Below, piece by piece: positions 48,652 through 59,021 of a stretch of 64,000 bases of DNA. Source of the stretch: Meiothermus sp. (GTDB taxonomy: Bacteria > Deinococcota > Deinococci > Deinococcales > Thermaceae); assembly GCA_033762915.1 (NCBI GenBank), contig JANRLD010000115.1:1-64000 (forward strand), in the 5' to 3' direction. Position numbers and translations under genes: made by a program. Each line of letters begins with the position of its first letter. Positions within the stretch are counted from its first letter, which is position 1. Below the pieces are notes generated by a model. It searched no databases. It worked only from the letters and a program-made list of their open reading frames with translations, and was not told where the DNA came from.

Positions 48652-49293
48652 ATGGCAGTAAGACTCGTCCTTGCTTTCCTTTTCCTCTCCACCCTGGGGA
48701 TCGCCTCCTACGTGCTCTTCCCCATCGAAAAGGTCGAGGTGGTGGGGAATCAGCAGCTGTCTGCCGCGCAGGTGAGGCGGATCACTGGCATCGAGCGCGA
48801 CACCCCTTGGCTGTGGACGTGGGTTCACAAGCTGAGACCGCTCGAGGCCAACCCGTGGGTGGTTGAGTCCCGCCTCGAGCGCCCCGCGATCGCCCAGGCC
48901 CGTATCGTGCTGCGCGAGCGCACCTCGGTGGCCAACATCGTGGTAGGGGGGCAGCGGATGGGGCTCAGCGCAGACGGAAAATTGCTGCCCGGCGCACCGC
49001 CGCAGAGGCCCCTGCTGCAAGGCACCGGAGAACGCCCGCTGGACGACCTGCTGGCCCTGATCCGGCTGTTCCCCCAGGCCGAGCGCATCGGCTACGACCG
49101 CTCGGGATACCGCGTTGTAACGCCAACCTTTACAGTGTGGGGGCAGAGTGTCAAGCAGTTGCAAGATTGGGCAAAAAAGCCGAGAATAACAAGTCGTGAA
49201 ACACAGGTCGCGAGCACCGCTGGAACCGATCCCAAGCCAGCCATGCCCGCCTCGATTAATGTGTATTCGTGGGGGGTGAGCGTTCGCCAATGA
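48652..49293 (+). CDS. ftsQ: FtsQ/DivIB (POTRA domain)
   Basis: TM helix then IEKVEVVGNQQLS. Confidence 0.8.
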   Translation: MAVRLVLAFLFLSTLGIASYVLFPIEKVEVVGNQQLSAAQVRRITGIERDTPWLWTWVHKLRPLEANPWVVESRLERPAIAQARIVLRERTSVANIVVGGQRMGLSADGKLLPGAPPQRPLLQGTGERPLDDLLALIRLFPQAERIGYDRSGYRVVTPTFTVWGQSVKQLQDWAKKPRITSRETQVASTAGTDPKPAMPASINVYSWGVSVRQ

Positions 49294-50576
49294 TCATCGT
49301 CGGCCTAGATGTGGGAACCACTAAAGTGACTGCTGTCATCGGCGAGCTGTCGTCGGACGGTATCCTCGACATTATCGGCGAGGGGACCGTGCCCTCGCAG
49401 GGGATGCGCCGGGGCGTGGTCACTAACCTCGAGCGCACCTCCGAGGCCATCCGCCAGGCCGTCTTCCAGGCCGAGCGGGTGGCGGGCGTCAAGGCCGAGC
49501 GGGCCTACGTGGGGGTGGCCGGGGCGCACGTCAAGAGCGTCACCAGCCACGGCCTGGCGGCCATCCGGCGCGGCCAGCAGATCGCTACCCTGGACGTCGA
49601 GCGGGCCATCGAGCAGGCCAAGGCCTACCCCTTCGAGGGCGACTTTGAGCTGATCCACGCCTTGCCCCTCGACTACAAGGTGGACGGCCAGGAGGGCATC
49701 CGCGACCCGGTGGGGATGGCGGGGGTGAGGCTAGAGGTGGACGTCCACCTCGTCGCGGGCTCCAAAGGCCCCCTGACCAACCTGCGCAAGGCGGTAGAGG
49801 ACGCGGGCCTCAGCATCGAAGGACTGGTGCTCCAGTCGTACGCCTCGGGCCTGGCCACGCTGGCCGCCGAGGAGGCCTCCATGACGGTGATGCTGGTGGA
49901 TGTGGGCGGCGGTACCACCGACGTGGCGGTCTTCCGCCAAAGCCGACTCGCGCACTCCGCCGTTATCCCGTTGGGCGGCGACCACGTGGCCCAGGACATC
50001 GCCAAGCTGCTGCAAATCCCGGTCGAGGAGGCCGAACGGGTATCCAAGAAGTACGGGGCTGCGCTGCCCGAGCTGGCCGACCCCGAGTTGGTGCTCGAGC
50101 TGTCGCCCGAAGGCACCACCTACCAGGCCGCCGAGCTGGCCCGCATCATCCGCCCGCGCCTGCGCGAGATCCTGCACCTGGCCCGGCAGAGCGTAGACGA
50201 GGCCCTGGGGCCGCTCGAGATCACCGTGGGTAAAGTTATCGTGACCGGCGGCACTGCCATGATCCGGGGCTTCGAGGAGTTGGCCCGCAAACAGTTCAAC
50301 CTTCCGGTTCGGATGGGCAAGCCCATTGGTGTACAGGGCCTGACCGACGTGGTAGCATCCCCAACGCACGCGACTGCCGTGGGCCTGGTACGCCACGCAG
50401 CGATGCTCTCGGCCCACCAGGCCCAGGGCCGCGGGAGCCGTGCCCCCAGGGTCAGGCACAACACCAACCCGGGCACCCCGCCCCGCCCCGTGGTGGCGCT
50501 CAACACCGAGCGCGCGGGCGAGGCGGCCAGCGGGCTGTGGGAGCGGATCAAGGGAATGTTCAAGAACTTTTTCTAA
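49290..50576 (+). CDS. ftsA: Cell division protein FtsA
   Basis: [16 protein letters not shown]. Confidence 0.95.
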   Translation: MIIVGLDVGTTKVTAVIGELSSDGILDIIGEGTVPSQGMRRGVVTNLERTSEAIRQAVFQAERVAGVKAERAYVGVAGAHVKSVTSHGLAAIRRGQQIATLDVERAIEQAKAYPFEGDFELIHALPLDYKVDGQEGIRDPVGMAGVRLEVDVHLVAGSKGPLTNLRKAVEDAGLSIEGLVLQSYASGLATLAAEEASMTVMLVDVGGGTTDVAVFRQSRLAHSAVIPLGGDHVAQDIAKLLQIPVEEAERVSKKYGAALPELADPELVLELSPEGTTYQAAELARIIRPRLREILHLARQSVDEALGPLEITVGKVIVTGGTAMIRGFEELARKQFNLPVRMGKPIGVQGLTDVVASPTHATAVGLVRHAAMLSAHQAQGRGSRAPRVRHNTNPGTPPRPVVALNTERAGEAASGLWERIKGMFKNFF

Positions 50577-50616
50577 CTGTGCCCGGGATAGGCTATCTGG
50601 GGCGAGGAGTGACGGC

Positions 50617-51687
50617 ATGGGGGACGTTCAAATCAAAGTAATCGGCTTAGGCGGTGCGGGTAACAACGCGGTTAACCGCATGATCGAGTCAGGCCTTTCC
50701 GGCGTGGAGTTTGTGGCCGGTAACACCGACGCGCAGGTCCTGACCAGCAGCCTGGCCGACGTTCGCATTCAACTGGGCGATAAACTGACCCGCGGCCTGG
50801 GCGCGGGGGCCAACCCCGAGATCGGCGAGAAGGCCGCCCAGGAGGCCGAGGAGCTGATCAGCGAGTACCTCGAGGGCGCGGACATGGTCTTCATCACCGC
50901 CGGGATGGGGGGCGGGACGGGGACAGGCAGTGCTCCGGTGGTGGCCCAGATCGCCAAGGAGATGGGCGCCCTGACGGTGGGCGTGGTCACGCGCCCCTTC
51001 ACCTGGGAAGGCCCGCGCCGCCTGCGCTCCGCCGAGGAGGGCATCAAGCGGCTGCGTGAGCAGGTGGACGCGATGGTGGTGGTCTCCAACGACCGGCTGC
51101 TCAACTCGCTGGACAAGAAGGTGACCGCCAAGGACGCCTTCGTGATCGCCGACCGTGTGCTCTACCACGGCGTCAAGGGCATCACCGACGTGATCAACCT
51201 GCCTGGCCAGATCAACCTCGACTTTGCCGACGTGCGCACCCTCCTCACCGGGGCGGGCCAGGTTCTGATGGGCATCGGGGCGGGCCGGGGCGAGAACAAG
51301 GTACTCGAGGCCGCCCAGTCCGCCATCCAGAGCCCCCTGCTCGATCGCTCGATAGACGGCGCGCGCAAGCTTCTGGTCAATGTAGTTGGCGACGAGAATA
51401 TCAGCCTGATGGAGGCCAGCAGCGTGGTCGAGCACATCCGCGAGGCCACCGGCATGGAAGACGTAGACGTGCTCTACGGCCTCAACTACGACCCCCGTGC
51501 CCAGGACGAGATGCGGGTGATCCTGATCGCCAGCGGCTTCAACGAGAGCTCGGTCTCGGTCAAGCCCGGCGGCCTCCGCACTCCGGTGATCGACTACCCC
51601 GCCGCCAACGTGGACGTGGGCAACTTCGACATCCCGGCCTTCATCCGCTACGGCGACGGGGACTACCCGCCCAAGCGGGGAAACTGA
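50617..51687 (+). CDS. ftsZ: Cell division protein FtsZ
   Basis: [24 protein letters not shown]. Confidence 0.97.
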   Translation: MGDVQIKVIGLGGAGNNAVNRMIESGLSGVEFVAGNTDAQVLTSSLADVRIQLGDKLTRGLGAGANPEIGEKAAQEAEELISEYLEGADMVFITAGMGGGTGTGSAPVVAQIAKEMGALTVGVVTRPFTWEGPRRLRSAEEGIKRLREQVDAMVVVSNDRLLNSLDKKVTAKDAFVIADRVLYHGVKGITDVINLPGQINLDFADVRTLLTGAGQVLMGIGAGRGENKVLEAAQSAIQSPLLDRSIDGARKLLVNVVGDENISLMEASSVVEHIREATGMEDVDVLYGLNYDPRAQDEMRVILIASGFNESSVSVKPGGLRTPVIDYPAANVDVGNFDIPAFIRYGDGDYPPKRGN

Positions 51688-51688
51688 T

Positions 51689-51773
51689 CGCGTTTCCCAC
51701 CATTACCTCCCATGCGGCGGCAGGTAATGTACTCCCTACAACGTTGCTGTAGGGAGTATATGTGGGAACCGCT
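51689..51773. repeat. Structured palindromic repeat, copy 1
   Basis: GCGTTTCCCAC...GTGGGAACCGC enclosing CATTACCT/AGGTAATG and TACTCCCTACA/TGTAGGGAGTA stems. Confidence 0.75.
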
Positions 51774-51793
51774 CTGAGCTACCGGTAGGTAGC

Positions 51794-51823
51794 GCCCAAG
51801 CGTAAATTCGCTTGGGCTTTTTT
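51794..51823 (+). terminator. Intrinsic terminator of the dcw operon
   Basis: GCCCAAGCG/CGCTTGGGC followed by T6. Confidence 0.85.
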
Positions 51824-52016
51824 CTGACTTCAAGCCCTACACGGCAACCTTGGCACCAAAGTCTGTGCCCCGCCCCGAAAACGCGGTGGGGCGTTGCGGG
51901 AAAGCAACTTACGAAGCGCTGTAATTGTCTGGATAGTTAACCCCTAAACGCCCGTAGATTATTGCGCCAGGAACGCAACTGTTGCCCCCACTGGTCTCGC
52001 AGGTTCACTCTGGCGC

Positions 52017-53111
52017 TTACGCCCGGTTGTACCTCCGCATCAACGCCAGCAACCGGTCGTGGGGAAGCGCGTGGACGACCCGCCCGTTGAGGCCGATCAT
52101 GGTCTCGGCGGCCATTAAAGCGTTAACGACCGCCTCCTCGGTGGCCTGCACCGCGGCCTTGAACAGCGCGTCCATCTGCCCTTCCGGCACGGCCCTCCAT
52201 AGGCGCAGACCGTCCGCAGCTAGGGGCTCGACCGTGCTGAACGCCAGAAAGAGGTCGCCCGAGCCGTTGTAAGCCACCGAGCCGGTGCGGGCCAGCCCCA
52301 TCGCGGCCCGCCGGGCCACCCGCTTAAGCTGGTGGGGCAGTAGCGGCGCATCGGTGGCGACCACGATGATGATCGAGCCGTCCTTGAGGTCGGGAGCCTC
52401 GGGAAGCAAATCCGGGAACTCCGGCCCCACTGGCACGCCGCAGATCGTGAGGTCGCCCCTGGCCCCATAGTTGGCCTGCACCAGCACCCCCAGGGTGTGC
52501 CCCTCGAGCCCGAACTCCCCCCCGGGGTAGGGCCGCTCGAGCCGCCTCGAGGCCGTCCCGATGCCACCCTTGAAGCCCGAGACTCGCATCCCCGTGCCCC
52601 CGCCCACGTTGCCCTCGGCCACGGGGCCGCTCGAGGCCCCGTCGAGGGCTGCCCAAACGTGCTCACGCCGGACGTGGAAGCCGTTGATGTCGTTCAGAAA
52701 GCCGTCGTAGGTCTCGGCCACCACCGGAAGGCTGAAGGCCTCACCGAAGCCGTTGGCCAGCCCCCACTCGATGGTGGCCTGATGCACCGCCCCCACGCTG
52801 TGGGTGTTGGTGCTGAGCACCGGCCCGGTCAGCAGCCCGGCCTCCTCGATCCAGTGTACGCCGGTCATCTCGCCGTTGCCATTGAGCGAGAAAAAGCCGG
52901 CCGGGAAGGAGCGCCGGTAGGAACTCTTGCCGCCGGGCAGGACGGCAGTCACGCCGGTGCGCACCGGCCCCTGTCCCACCACCAGCGGCCCCTCACCCTG
53001 GATCACGGTGGCGTGGCCGACCTCCACGCCGGGCACGTCGGTGATGGCGTTGAGAGGGCCGGGAGTGCCCTCGAAGGGGAGGCCGAGGTTGCGGGCTCGA
53101 GGCTTGGGCAT
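52017..53111 (-). CDS. dmpA: DmpA/P1 family aminopeptidase
   Basis: NAITDVPGVEVG, EGNVGGGTGM, DGSIII. Confidence 0.9.
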   Translation of the reverse strand: MPKPRARNLGLPFEGTPGPLNAITDVPGVEVGHATVIQGEGPLVVGQGPVRTGVTAVLPGGKSSYRRSFPAGFFSLNGNGEMTGVHWIEEAGLLTGPVLSTNTHSVGAVHQATIEWGLANGFGEAFSLPVVAETYDGFLNDINGFHVRREHVWAALDGASSGPVAEGNVGGGTGMRVSGFKGGIGTASRRLERPYPGGEFGLEGHTLGVLVQANYGARGDLTICGVPVGPEFPDLLPEAPDLKDGSIIIVVATDAPLLPHQLKRVARRAAMGLARTGSVAYNGSGDLFLAFSTVEPLAADGLRLWRAVPEGQMDALFKAAVQATEEAVVNALMAAETMIGLNGRVVHALPHDRLLALMRRYNRA

Positions 53112-53363
53112 GGCCCAATTTACTCGAGAACAGGCCGTGGGCGGCAGCTTAGACTCCGGCAGCAGGGTGCCGGGGAAGGCCTGGGGCGCGCCGAGTGTTT
53201 CCGAGGTTGAGATATGGGCCTATGGAACCGCACGGATGGACGGGTGCGCACGCTTCCACCGGGGCACGTTTCCACAGTGTTCGGCGGTTTAGGTATCTCC
53301 GCCATTGAGCTGCGAAGTGCCGCCCAGCAGCCCGTTAGGGCATTGCGTCGGTAAGCTGCTCTC

Positions 53364-53469
53364 ACAGCGGTTCCCACCATTACGCCTCACGCGGTGATGC
53401 GCTGAAGCGGGCGTAATGTACCCCGCACATCCGAGTCTATGGGTGTGTGGTATTCGTGGGAACCGCTGT
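53364..53469. repeat. Structured palindromic repeat, copy 2
   Basis: ACAGCGGTTCCCAC...GTGGGAACCGCTGT enclosing CATTACGCC/GGCGTAATG and a second imperfect stem. Confidence 0.8.
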
Positions 53470-53505
53470 CACTGTAGTGCAACCGAGCAAAGACCCCGGC
53501 GCAAG

Positions 53506-53796
53506 CTAATCGGACACGACGTATGTCGGCCCCAACTCGTCCTTAATCAGCCCTGCCAACTCCCGGCCCTCCAGCTCGAACTGAGCCGGGGTCATTCCGA
53601 CCAGCGGGAGCGCCTCCGCCGGGTAGCCGTCGTTGTAAGTAGCCTGAAAGGCCCTATCCCACTCTAGCAGCCGCTCGAGGGTCTGGACACTGAGGGGTAG
53701 TTCGGCGGGGTCGATGTTGTGTGAAATCTCTTCCGTCTCGGAGCGCAACCAGGTGGGCCAGTAGGCGTAACTACAGAACACCCGGAGGTGCTTCAT
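53506..53796 (-). CDS. Hypothetical protein coupled to lysX
   Basis: ATGA overlap; 96 aa. Confidence 0.65.
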   Translation of the reverse strand: MKHLRVFCSYAYWPTWLRSETEEISHNIDPAELPLSVQTLERLLEWDRAFQATYNDGYPAEALPLVGMTPAQFELEGRELAGLIKDELGPTYVVSD

Positions 53797-54638
53797 CCCC
53801 TGCGAATGCTCCAGGTGTACTCGAGGATCTTCGCCGGGATGTCCACGCCCGTCGTCGAGACCGAGTTCTTGAACTCCATGGTGTGGTTGACCTCGTTGAC
53901 CAGCAGCCCCTTAGGCGACTCGAAGAGGTCGATGGCAACCACGCCACCGCCGACCGCATGCGCAGCACGCACGGCGATCCCGGCCAGCTCAGGCGTGACC
54001 TCGCACTTGCTGGCCTTGCCGCCGCGGGCGGTGTTGGTGATCCAGTGCTCGGAGCTGCGATAAATCGCCCCGATGCAGGTGTCGCCCACCACGAAGGCCC
54101 GGATGTCCCGCCCGCCTTTGTCCACCAGCTCCTGCATGTAGTAAAGCTGGTGCTGGTAGCCACCCAGCACCTCCTTGTGCTCGACCACAGTCTCGGCGGC
54201 ATCGCGGTCACGGATCAGCGAGAGCAGGCGGCCCCAACTCCCCACCACCGGCTTCATCACCACCGGGTAGCCCATCTGCTCTATGGACTCGAGGGCCTTC
54301 TCCGACTCGGTGGCCAGTGCGGTGGTGGGTTGTGGCACCCCGGCCTTCTCGAGGGCGCAGGAGGTGGCCCACTTGTCGCCGCAGACCTCGATCACCGGAG
54401 CCTCGTTGACCACGGGGATGCCCAGCGAGCCCAGATAGCGGCTCACCGCCAGGCCCTTACTCTGCGAGACCAGCCGCTCGACGGCGCAGGAGACGCCCTC
54501 GAGTTCGGGCGGGCACTCGCCCAGCTTCATCCGAAGCTGCTTGGCATAGATTTTCTTGAACGGGATCCCCAGACCATCGGCTGCTTTAAACAGCATTTCC
54601 TCGTCGGGGCGGATGCGGTCGTAAAGAATTGCGAGCAT
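53793..54638 (-). CDS. lysX: Alpha-aminoadipate-LysW ligase
   Basis: [34 protein letters not shown]. Confidence 0.95.
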   Translation of the reverse strand: MLAILYDRIRPDEEMLFKAADGLGIPFKKIYAKQLRMKLGECPPELEGVSCAVERLVSQSKGLAVSRYLGSLGIPVVNEAPVIEVCGDKWATSCALEKAGVPQPTTALATESEKALESIEQMGYPVVMKPVVGSWGRLLSLIRDRDAAETVVEHKEVLGGYQHQLYYMQELVDKGGRDIRAFVVGDTCIGAIYRSSEHWITNTARGGKASKCEVTPELAGIAVRAAHAVGGGVVAIDLFESPKGLLVNEVNHTMEFKNSVSTTGVDIPAKILEYTWSIRRG

Positions 54639-54747
54639 GGCGTTGTGGAGGAGGCTGCGGGGATTGCCGCAGTTTTCGAGGGAGAAGGGGGGAGGGAGTC
54701 AAAGGAAAAACCTCCCCTCTCTCCCGCTTCCATCCTCCCTCTATCTC

Positions 54748-54921
54748 TTACTCTCCCCAGTCCTCCGCTTCCTCGGGGGCGTCGGCCAGCTTGGGGGGCT
54801 CGAGGCTCACCACCTCAAACTCCATGCCGGTCTCCTCGTCCACCACGATCTCGCCCAGCTCGGGGTTCTCGAGTTCGATGGTCGCGCCGGTTACAGGGTT
54901 TTCAAACGCTACTTTTGCCAT
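54748..54921 (-). CDS. lysW: Amino-group carrier protein LysW
   Basis: Not in ORF track: MAKVAFENPVTGATIELENPELGEIVVDEETGMEFEVVSLEPPKLADAPEEAEDWGE. Confidence 0.92.
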   Translation of the reverse strand: MAKVAFENPVTGATIELENPELGEIVVDEETGMEFEVVSLEPPKLADAPEEAEDWGE

Positions 54922-55002
54922 TTTGGTGTTTCTCCCTTGCAGTTGGTTTTATTCGCTACGCTTCGGGTCTTGGGCGTCTGTCGCCTGCCGTCCGCAATCA
55001 GC

Positions 55003-55347
55003 CTAATTCCGCCAGTCTTCGTCGTTGTAGTCGTCCTTGACTTCCGTCCAGTCGGGTTTGAAACGGTGTCCGCACTCCGCGCACTCGACCTCCTCGTCGG
55101 CCTCGTCGACCTCGTTGGCCGCGCCGCAGCGAGGGCAGTCGGCGCTGAACATGGCCTCACCGCCCTCGACGGCCAGCAGTTCCAGCGGCTCCAGGGTGAC
55201 GACCTCGAGCACCGCGTTGCAGTTCTCACACTCGATCACATCGCCCTCGGCCAACTGGTCGTAATCGGAGGCGGCCACATACATAGGCTGACAGCAAACG
55301 ACACAGGTGATTTCGATCTCGTCCATAGGAGCCTCTACTGCCGCCAT
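55003..55347 (-). CDS. Double zinc-ribbon LysW-like protein (lysV position)
   Basis: Four CxxC motifs, LEVVTLEPLEL, ends EDWRN. Confidence 0.7.
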   Translation of the reverse strand: MAAVEAPMDEIEITCVVCCQPMYVAASDYDQLAEGDVIECENCNAVLEVVTLEPLELLAVEGGEAMFSADCPRCGAANEVDEADEEVECAECGHRFKPDWTEVKDDYNDEDWRN

Positions 55348-55348
55348 T

Positions 55349-55849
55349 TTACCCCGCCGCCTCGCCCGGGAACCGCCCGTGTTTTCGGTAGTACTCCAGG
55401 ATGCTGCCCTCCTTGAGTGCCTCGAGCAAGAACTCGGGCGGGGGCATGAGCCGGAAGGTCTGTGTGCCCCTTCTCAAGATGCCCTGCTCGAACTCGAGTC
55501 CCACCTCGTCGCCGTCGTTCAGCGCGTCCACCACCTCGCCCGACTCGAAGGGCATGATCCCCAGGTTGACCAGGTTACGGTAGAAAATCCGCGCGTAGCT
55601 CTTGGCCAATACGGCCCGCACGCCCAGCTTCCGCAGCGCTTCCGGGGCGTACTCGCGGGACGAGCCCAAGCCGGTGTTTTTCCCGGCCACGATCAAGTCC
55701 CCCGGCCGGTAGCCTGGGGCAAAATCCGGGCGGAAGTGGGCAAAGGCGTAGGTGTGGAACTTGTCCTCGCCAACCATGAACGGGGCGTACTTCCCCGGCA
55801 GAATGTCGTCGGTGTTGATCGAGTCGCCGAACTTCCAAACTCTCGCCAT
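55349..55849 (-). CDS. lysU: Homoaconitase small subunit
   Basis: INTDDILPGKY, GSSREYAP; lys context. Confidence 0.88.
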   Translation of the reverse strand: MARVWKFGDSINTDDILPGKYAPFMVGEDKFHTYAFAHFRPDFAPGYRPGDLIVAGKNTGLGSSREYAPEALRKLGVRAVLAKSYARIFYRNLVNLGIMPFESGEVVDALNDGDEVGLEFEQGILRRGTQTFRLMPPPEFLLEALKEGSILEYYRKHGRFPGEAAG

Positions 55850-55853
55850 CGGG

Positions 55854-56630
55854 CTACACCCCTTTCGCCGCGTTCAGACCGGTCTGTAGGCCGTGGGCCA
55901 TCACGCCAAGATCGCTGGCCGCCACCACCATCCCGAAGCCCTCCGCGGCCCGCCTGGCGGCGGCTTTTCCGCCGCTGGTATAGATGCCTACCCCCAGGCC
56001 GTTCGCCCTGGCGGCGGCCTTTACGCGCTCCAAGGCCGCCACAAACTCCGGCTCCTCGCCCTCGCTGCTGGGCGGGAAACCCATGCTCAGGTGCAGGTCG
56101 TTCGGCCCTACAAACAGCGCGTCCAGGCCGGGGACGGCGGCGATGGCCTCGAGGTTCTCCAGCGCCTGCACGGTCTCGATCTGGACAACAACCACGACCT
56201 GATCGTTGGCGGCGTGAAAGTACTCGGTGGGCGAAGCCCCGAAACTCCTGGAGGCGAAGTAGCCGCCGTGGCTGCGCCGCCCCTGCGGCGGGTACTTACA
56301 CCAGTCCACCGCCTGACGGGCCTCCTCGGGCGTGTTCACATAGGGCACGATCACCCCCCAGGCCCCCGAGTCCAGCGCCCACTTGAACCACTCCTCGGCG
56401 CGCTTGGAGGGCACCCGCACCAGGGGCACCGAGTCGCCGGAGTCGCCGATGGCCCCCACCATCTGGGCCATAAGGACGGGGTTCTGGGCGGTGTGCTCGC
56501 AGTCCACCAGCAGCCAGTCGAAGCCGAGCCGGGCGGCGGCCCGGGCGGTCTCGAGGCTCGGAATGCTGAGCCAGGCTCCGTAGTTGGGCTGGTTGGCTCT
56601 GAGGGCGGTTTTGAGGGGGTTGGTTCGCAT
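55854..56630 (-). CDS. HpcH/HpaI aldolase
   Basis: DCEH, QIET, LFVGPNDL. Confidence 0.88.
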   Translation of the reverse strand: MRTNPLKTALRANQPNYGAWLSIPSLETARAAARLGFDWLLVDCEHTAQNPVLMAQMVGAIGDSGDSVPLVRVPSKRAEEWFKWALDSGAWGVIVPYVNTPEEARQAVDWCKYPPQGRRSHGGYFASRSFGASPTEYFHAANDQVVVVVQIETVQALENLEAIAAVPGLDALFVGPNDLHLSMGFPPSSEGEEPEFVAALERVKAAARANGLGVGIYTSGGKAAARRAAEGFGMVVAASDLGVMAHGLQTGLNAAKGV

Positions 56631-56818
56631 GGGTTCCTTTGGCGCTTAGCGACTAGCGGTTAGCTTTGAGCTCTTTCTGCCGTTCACTGCCTTCTAAGTT
56701 ACGCTAAGGTAGAAATGCAGAATCGGCGGCTTCGGCAAATACGTGCCTGACGCACTTATCTGCGGGAGCTGGCGGGCGACATATCGCATTCCAGCTATGG
56801 AGACACTTATCCGACCTC

Positions 56819-57379
56819 TCATTTCCACTTCCTCGAGTCCCAGTATTCGGGGTGATCCACCGCGAACACGTCGGGCGGGATATGGCCGAGTTGGCGGGCG
56901 AATACGAAGAGCTGGCCCCGGTGGTGTATCTCGTCCTGATAGGCATGTTGCAGCAGCAGCCAGCCGCGCATACCTTCGTGCCAGGGATTGTCCTGGGCGA
57001 ACTCCCAGAGTCGGTCTGCACTCACGTCCTCAGCCCATTGGCGCACTCGAGTCTGCACGCTCTGGAGCCAGTGGGCCAGTGTCTCGAGCTTGTAGACGGT
57101 CAGGTGCTTGTGCAATTCCCAGTCGGCGTCGGGGCTCTCCTCGAGGGTGCCCGCAGGCTCCCACTGGTTTTTGAACAGCCCCCTGGCCGCGTAGAACTGG
57201 TGTGCGCCGATGTGGTGGAACATCTCCCCCACCGTCTTCGAGCCCTGCCACGGCGTGCGCAGCAGGTCTTCGGCGCTAAAGCCGTGAAGCAGCTTAAGCG
57301 TGACCATGCGCACCCCGTCCCAGTGATCCAGGAAGGGTTCTAAGGCGGCGTAGGCGGGCGGTTGCATGGATCGGTTCAC
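56819..57379 (-). CDS. DinB family protein
   Basis: HHI...EIHHRGQL. Confidence 0.8.
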   Translation of the reverse strand: MNRSMQPPAYAALEPFLDHWDGVRMVTLKLLHGFSAEDLLRTPWQGSKTVGEMFHHIGAHQFYAARGLFKNQWEPAGTLEESPDADWELHKHLTVYKLETLAHWLQSVQTRVRQWAEDVSADRLWEFAQDNPWHEGMRGWLLLQHAYQDEIHHRGQLFVFARQLGHIPPDVFAVDHPEYWDSRKWK

Positions 57380-57777
57380 TCGGGGGCCACCGCGATGGCG
57401 TCGGCCTCGAACAAAAACTCGGGACGGAAGAGCGCGGATACCTGAACCAAGGTACTGGCTGGTGGGTTCTCGAGGTTCACGAACTCATTGCGCACCCGGC
57501 GAATGAGGGGCAATTGCGAAACGTCGGTCACGTATATTCCGAGCTTGACCACGTGGCCGAAGTTCAGCCCCACTGCCTCGAGCGCCGCCCTCAAGTTAAG
57601 GAAGGTCTGCCGCACCTGGGCCTCGAGGTCGCCCTCCCCCACCACCTGACCGTCCCGGTCCAGCGCGACCTGCCCGGCGATGAACACCATTCGCCCGCCC
57701 CTGGCCTCCACCACCTGGGTGTAGCCAACCGGCTTGGGCATGGTCTCGGGGTTGCTGAACCTCAGATTCCCGCTCAT
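57376..57777 (-). CDS. RidA/YjgF family protein
   Basis: FIAGQVA, PPASTLVQVSAL. Confidence 0.88.
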   Translation of the reverse strand: MSGNLRFSNPETMPKPVGYTQVVEARGGRMVFIAGQVALDRDGQVVGEGDLEAQVRQTFLNLRAALEAVGLNFGHVVKLGIYVTDVSQLPLIRRVRNEFVNLENPPASTLVQVSALFRPEFLFEADAIAVAPE

Positions 57778-59021
57778 GCCCGGGCCTCCAAGTTCTCGGG
57801 TGTGGTGATATAGCCCGCCACCGCCGTCGCGGCGGCGACTCGGGGGCTAGCCAGATAAATCTCCGCATCGGCCGCGCCCATCCGCCCTTTAAAGTTGCGG
57901 TTGGAGGTACTGACGCAGACCTCACCGGGGGCCAACACGCCCTGGTGTCGGCCCATGCACGGTCCGCAGCCGGGCGTGCCCAGCGTAGCGCCCGCTTGCA
58001 GCAGGGTGAGCAGCGTGCCATCCCTGGTCGCGTCTTCCAGCACCTGCGACGAAGCCGGGATCACCAGCATCCGCACACCCGTCGCCACCCTCCGGCCTTT
58101 CAAAATCGCCGCGACTTCATGCAAATCGTCCAGCCGCCCGTTAGTGCAGGTTCCCACGAATACTTGGTCTACCTTTTTTCCGACGATGCTGCTGACCTCC
58201 TCCACGTTGTCCACGTAGAAGGGAACAGAAACTCGAGGGGTGAGCGTCGCCAAATCTATCTCGACCTCGCGTACGTAAACCGCGCCCTCGTCGGGGTAGA
58301 GCCAGTCGGGCACGTCGTAAAGCTCATTTATCTCGCCGCTGGGCACCACCAGCCCGCACTTGGCCCCAGCCTCGACCGTGAGGTTTGCCAAAGTCAGGCG
58401 CTGGCTGCGGGTGAGGGTTTCCGCACCATCCACCAAGTGCATCTCGATGCTCATGTAGGTCGCACCGTCGGCGGTGAGGACGCGGATCATCTCGAGGGCC
58501 GCGTCCTTCGCACTCACCGACGAGTTCAGCCACCCCTTGAAGGTCACTTTGACCGTCTCCGGCACCCGCAGCCAGGTGCGCCCGGAGGCGGCAGCCAGTG
58601 CGATGTCGGTAGCCCCCATTCCCGAGCCGAAGCAGCCGATGCCGCCGTAGGTGGTGGAGTGCGAGTCCGAGCCCAGCACGATGCCCCCCGGCAGCGCCAA
58701 CCGCTCCTCGACCAACACCTGGTGGCAAATCCCCCGCCCCACATCAAAGACCGGGCAGCCGTAGCGGTTGCCCCACTCCCGAATCTCCTTCTGCGCCTTG
58801 GCGACCTCCACGTTGGCGGCGGGGGCCACGTGGTCGATCACGATGGCCACCTTCTCGGGGTACTTGGGGGTGGCCTCGAGTTGCTCGAGCCTCTTAAAAA
58901 AACTCCCCGCGATCGAGTCCACCACCATCACCTGATCTACTTCTACCACCACGAGTTCCCCGGCCCTGGCCTCACGCCCGGCCCGCTTGGAGAGGATTTT
59001 CTCGGCTAAAGTTAGGCCCAT
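57774..59021 (-). CDS. lysT: Homoaconitase large subunit
   Basis: GSDSHSTT, GTCTNGR, GCGPCMG, TSNRNFKGRMG. Confidence 0.9.
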   Translation of the reverse strand: MGLTLAEKILSKRAGREARAGELVVVEVDQVMVVDSIAGSFFKRLEQLEATPKYPEKVAIVIDHVAPAANVEVAKAQKEIREWGNRYGCPVFDVGRGICHQVLVEERLALPGGIVLGSDSHSTTYGGIGCFGSGMGATDIALAAASGRTWLRVPETVKVTFKGWLNSSVSAKDAALEMIRVLTADGATYMSIEMHLVDGAETLTRSQRLTLANLTVEAGAKCGLVVPSGEINELYDVPDWLYPDEGAVYVREVEIDLATLTPRVSVPFYVDNVEEVSSIVGKKVDQVFVGTCTNGRLDDLHEVAAILKGRRVATGVRMLVIPASSQVLEDATRDGTLLTLLQAGATLGTPGCGPCMGRHQGVLAPGEVCVSTSNRNFKGRMGAADAEIYLASPRVAAATAVAGYITTPENLEARA

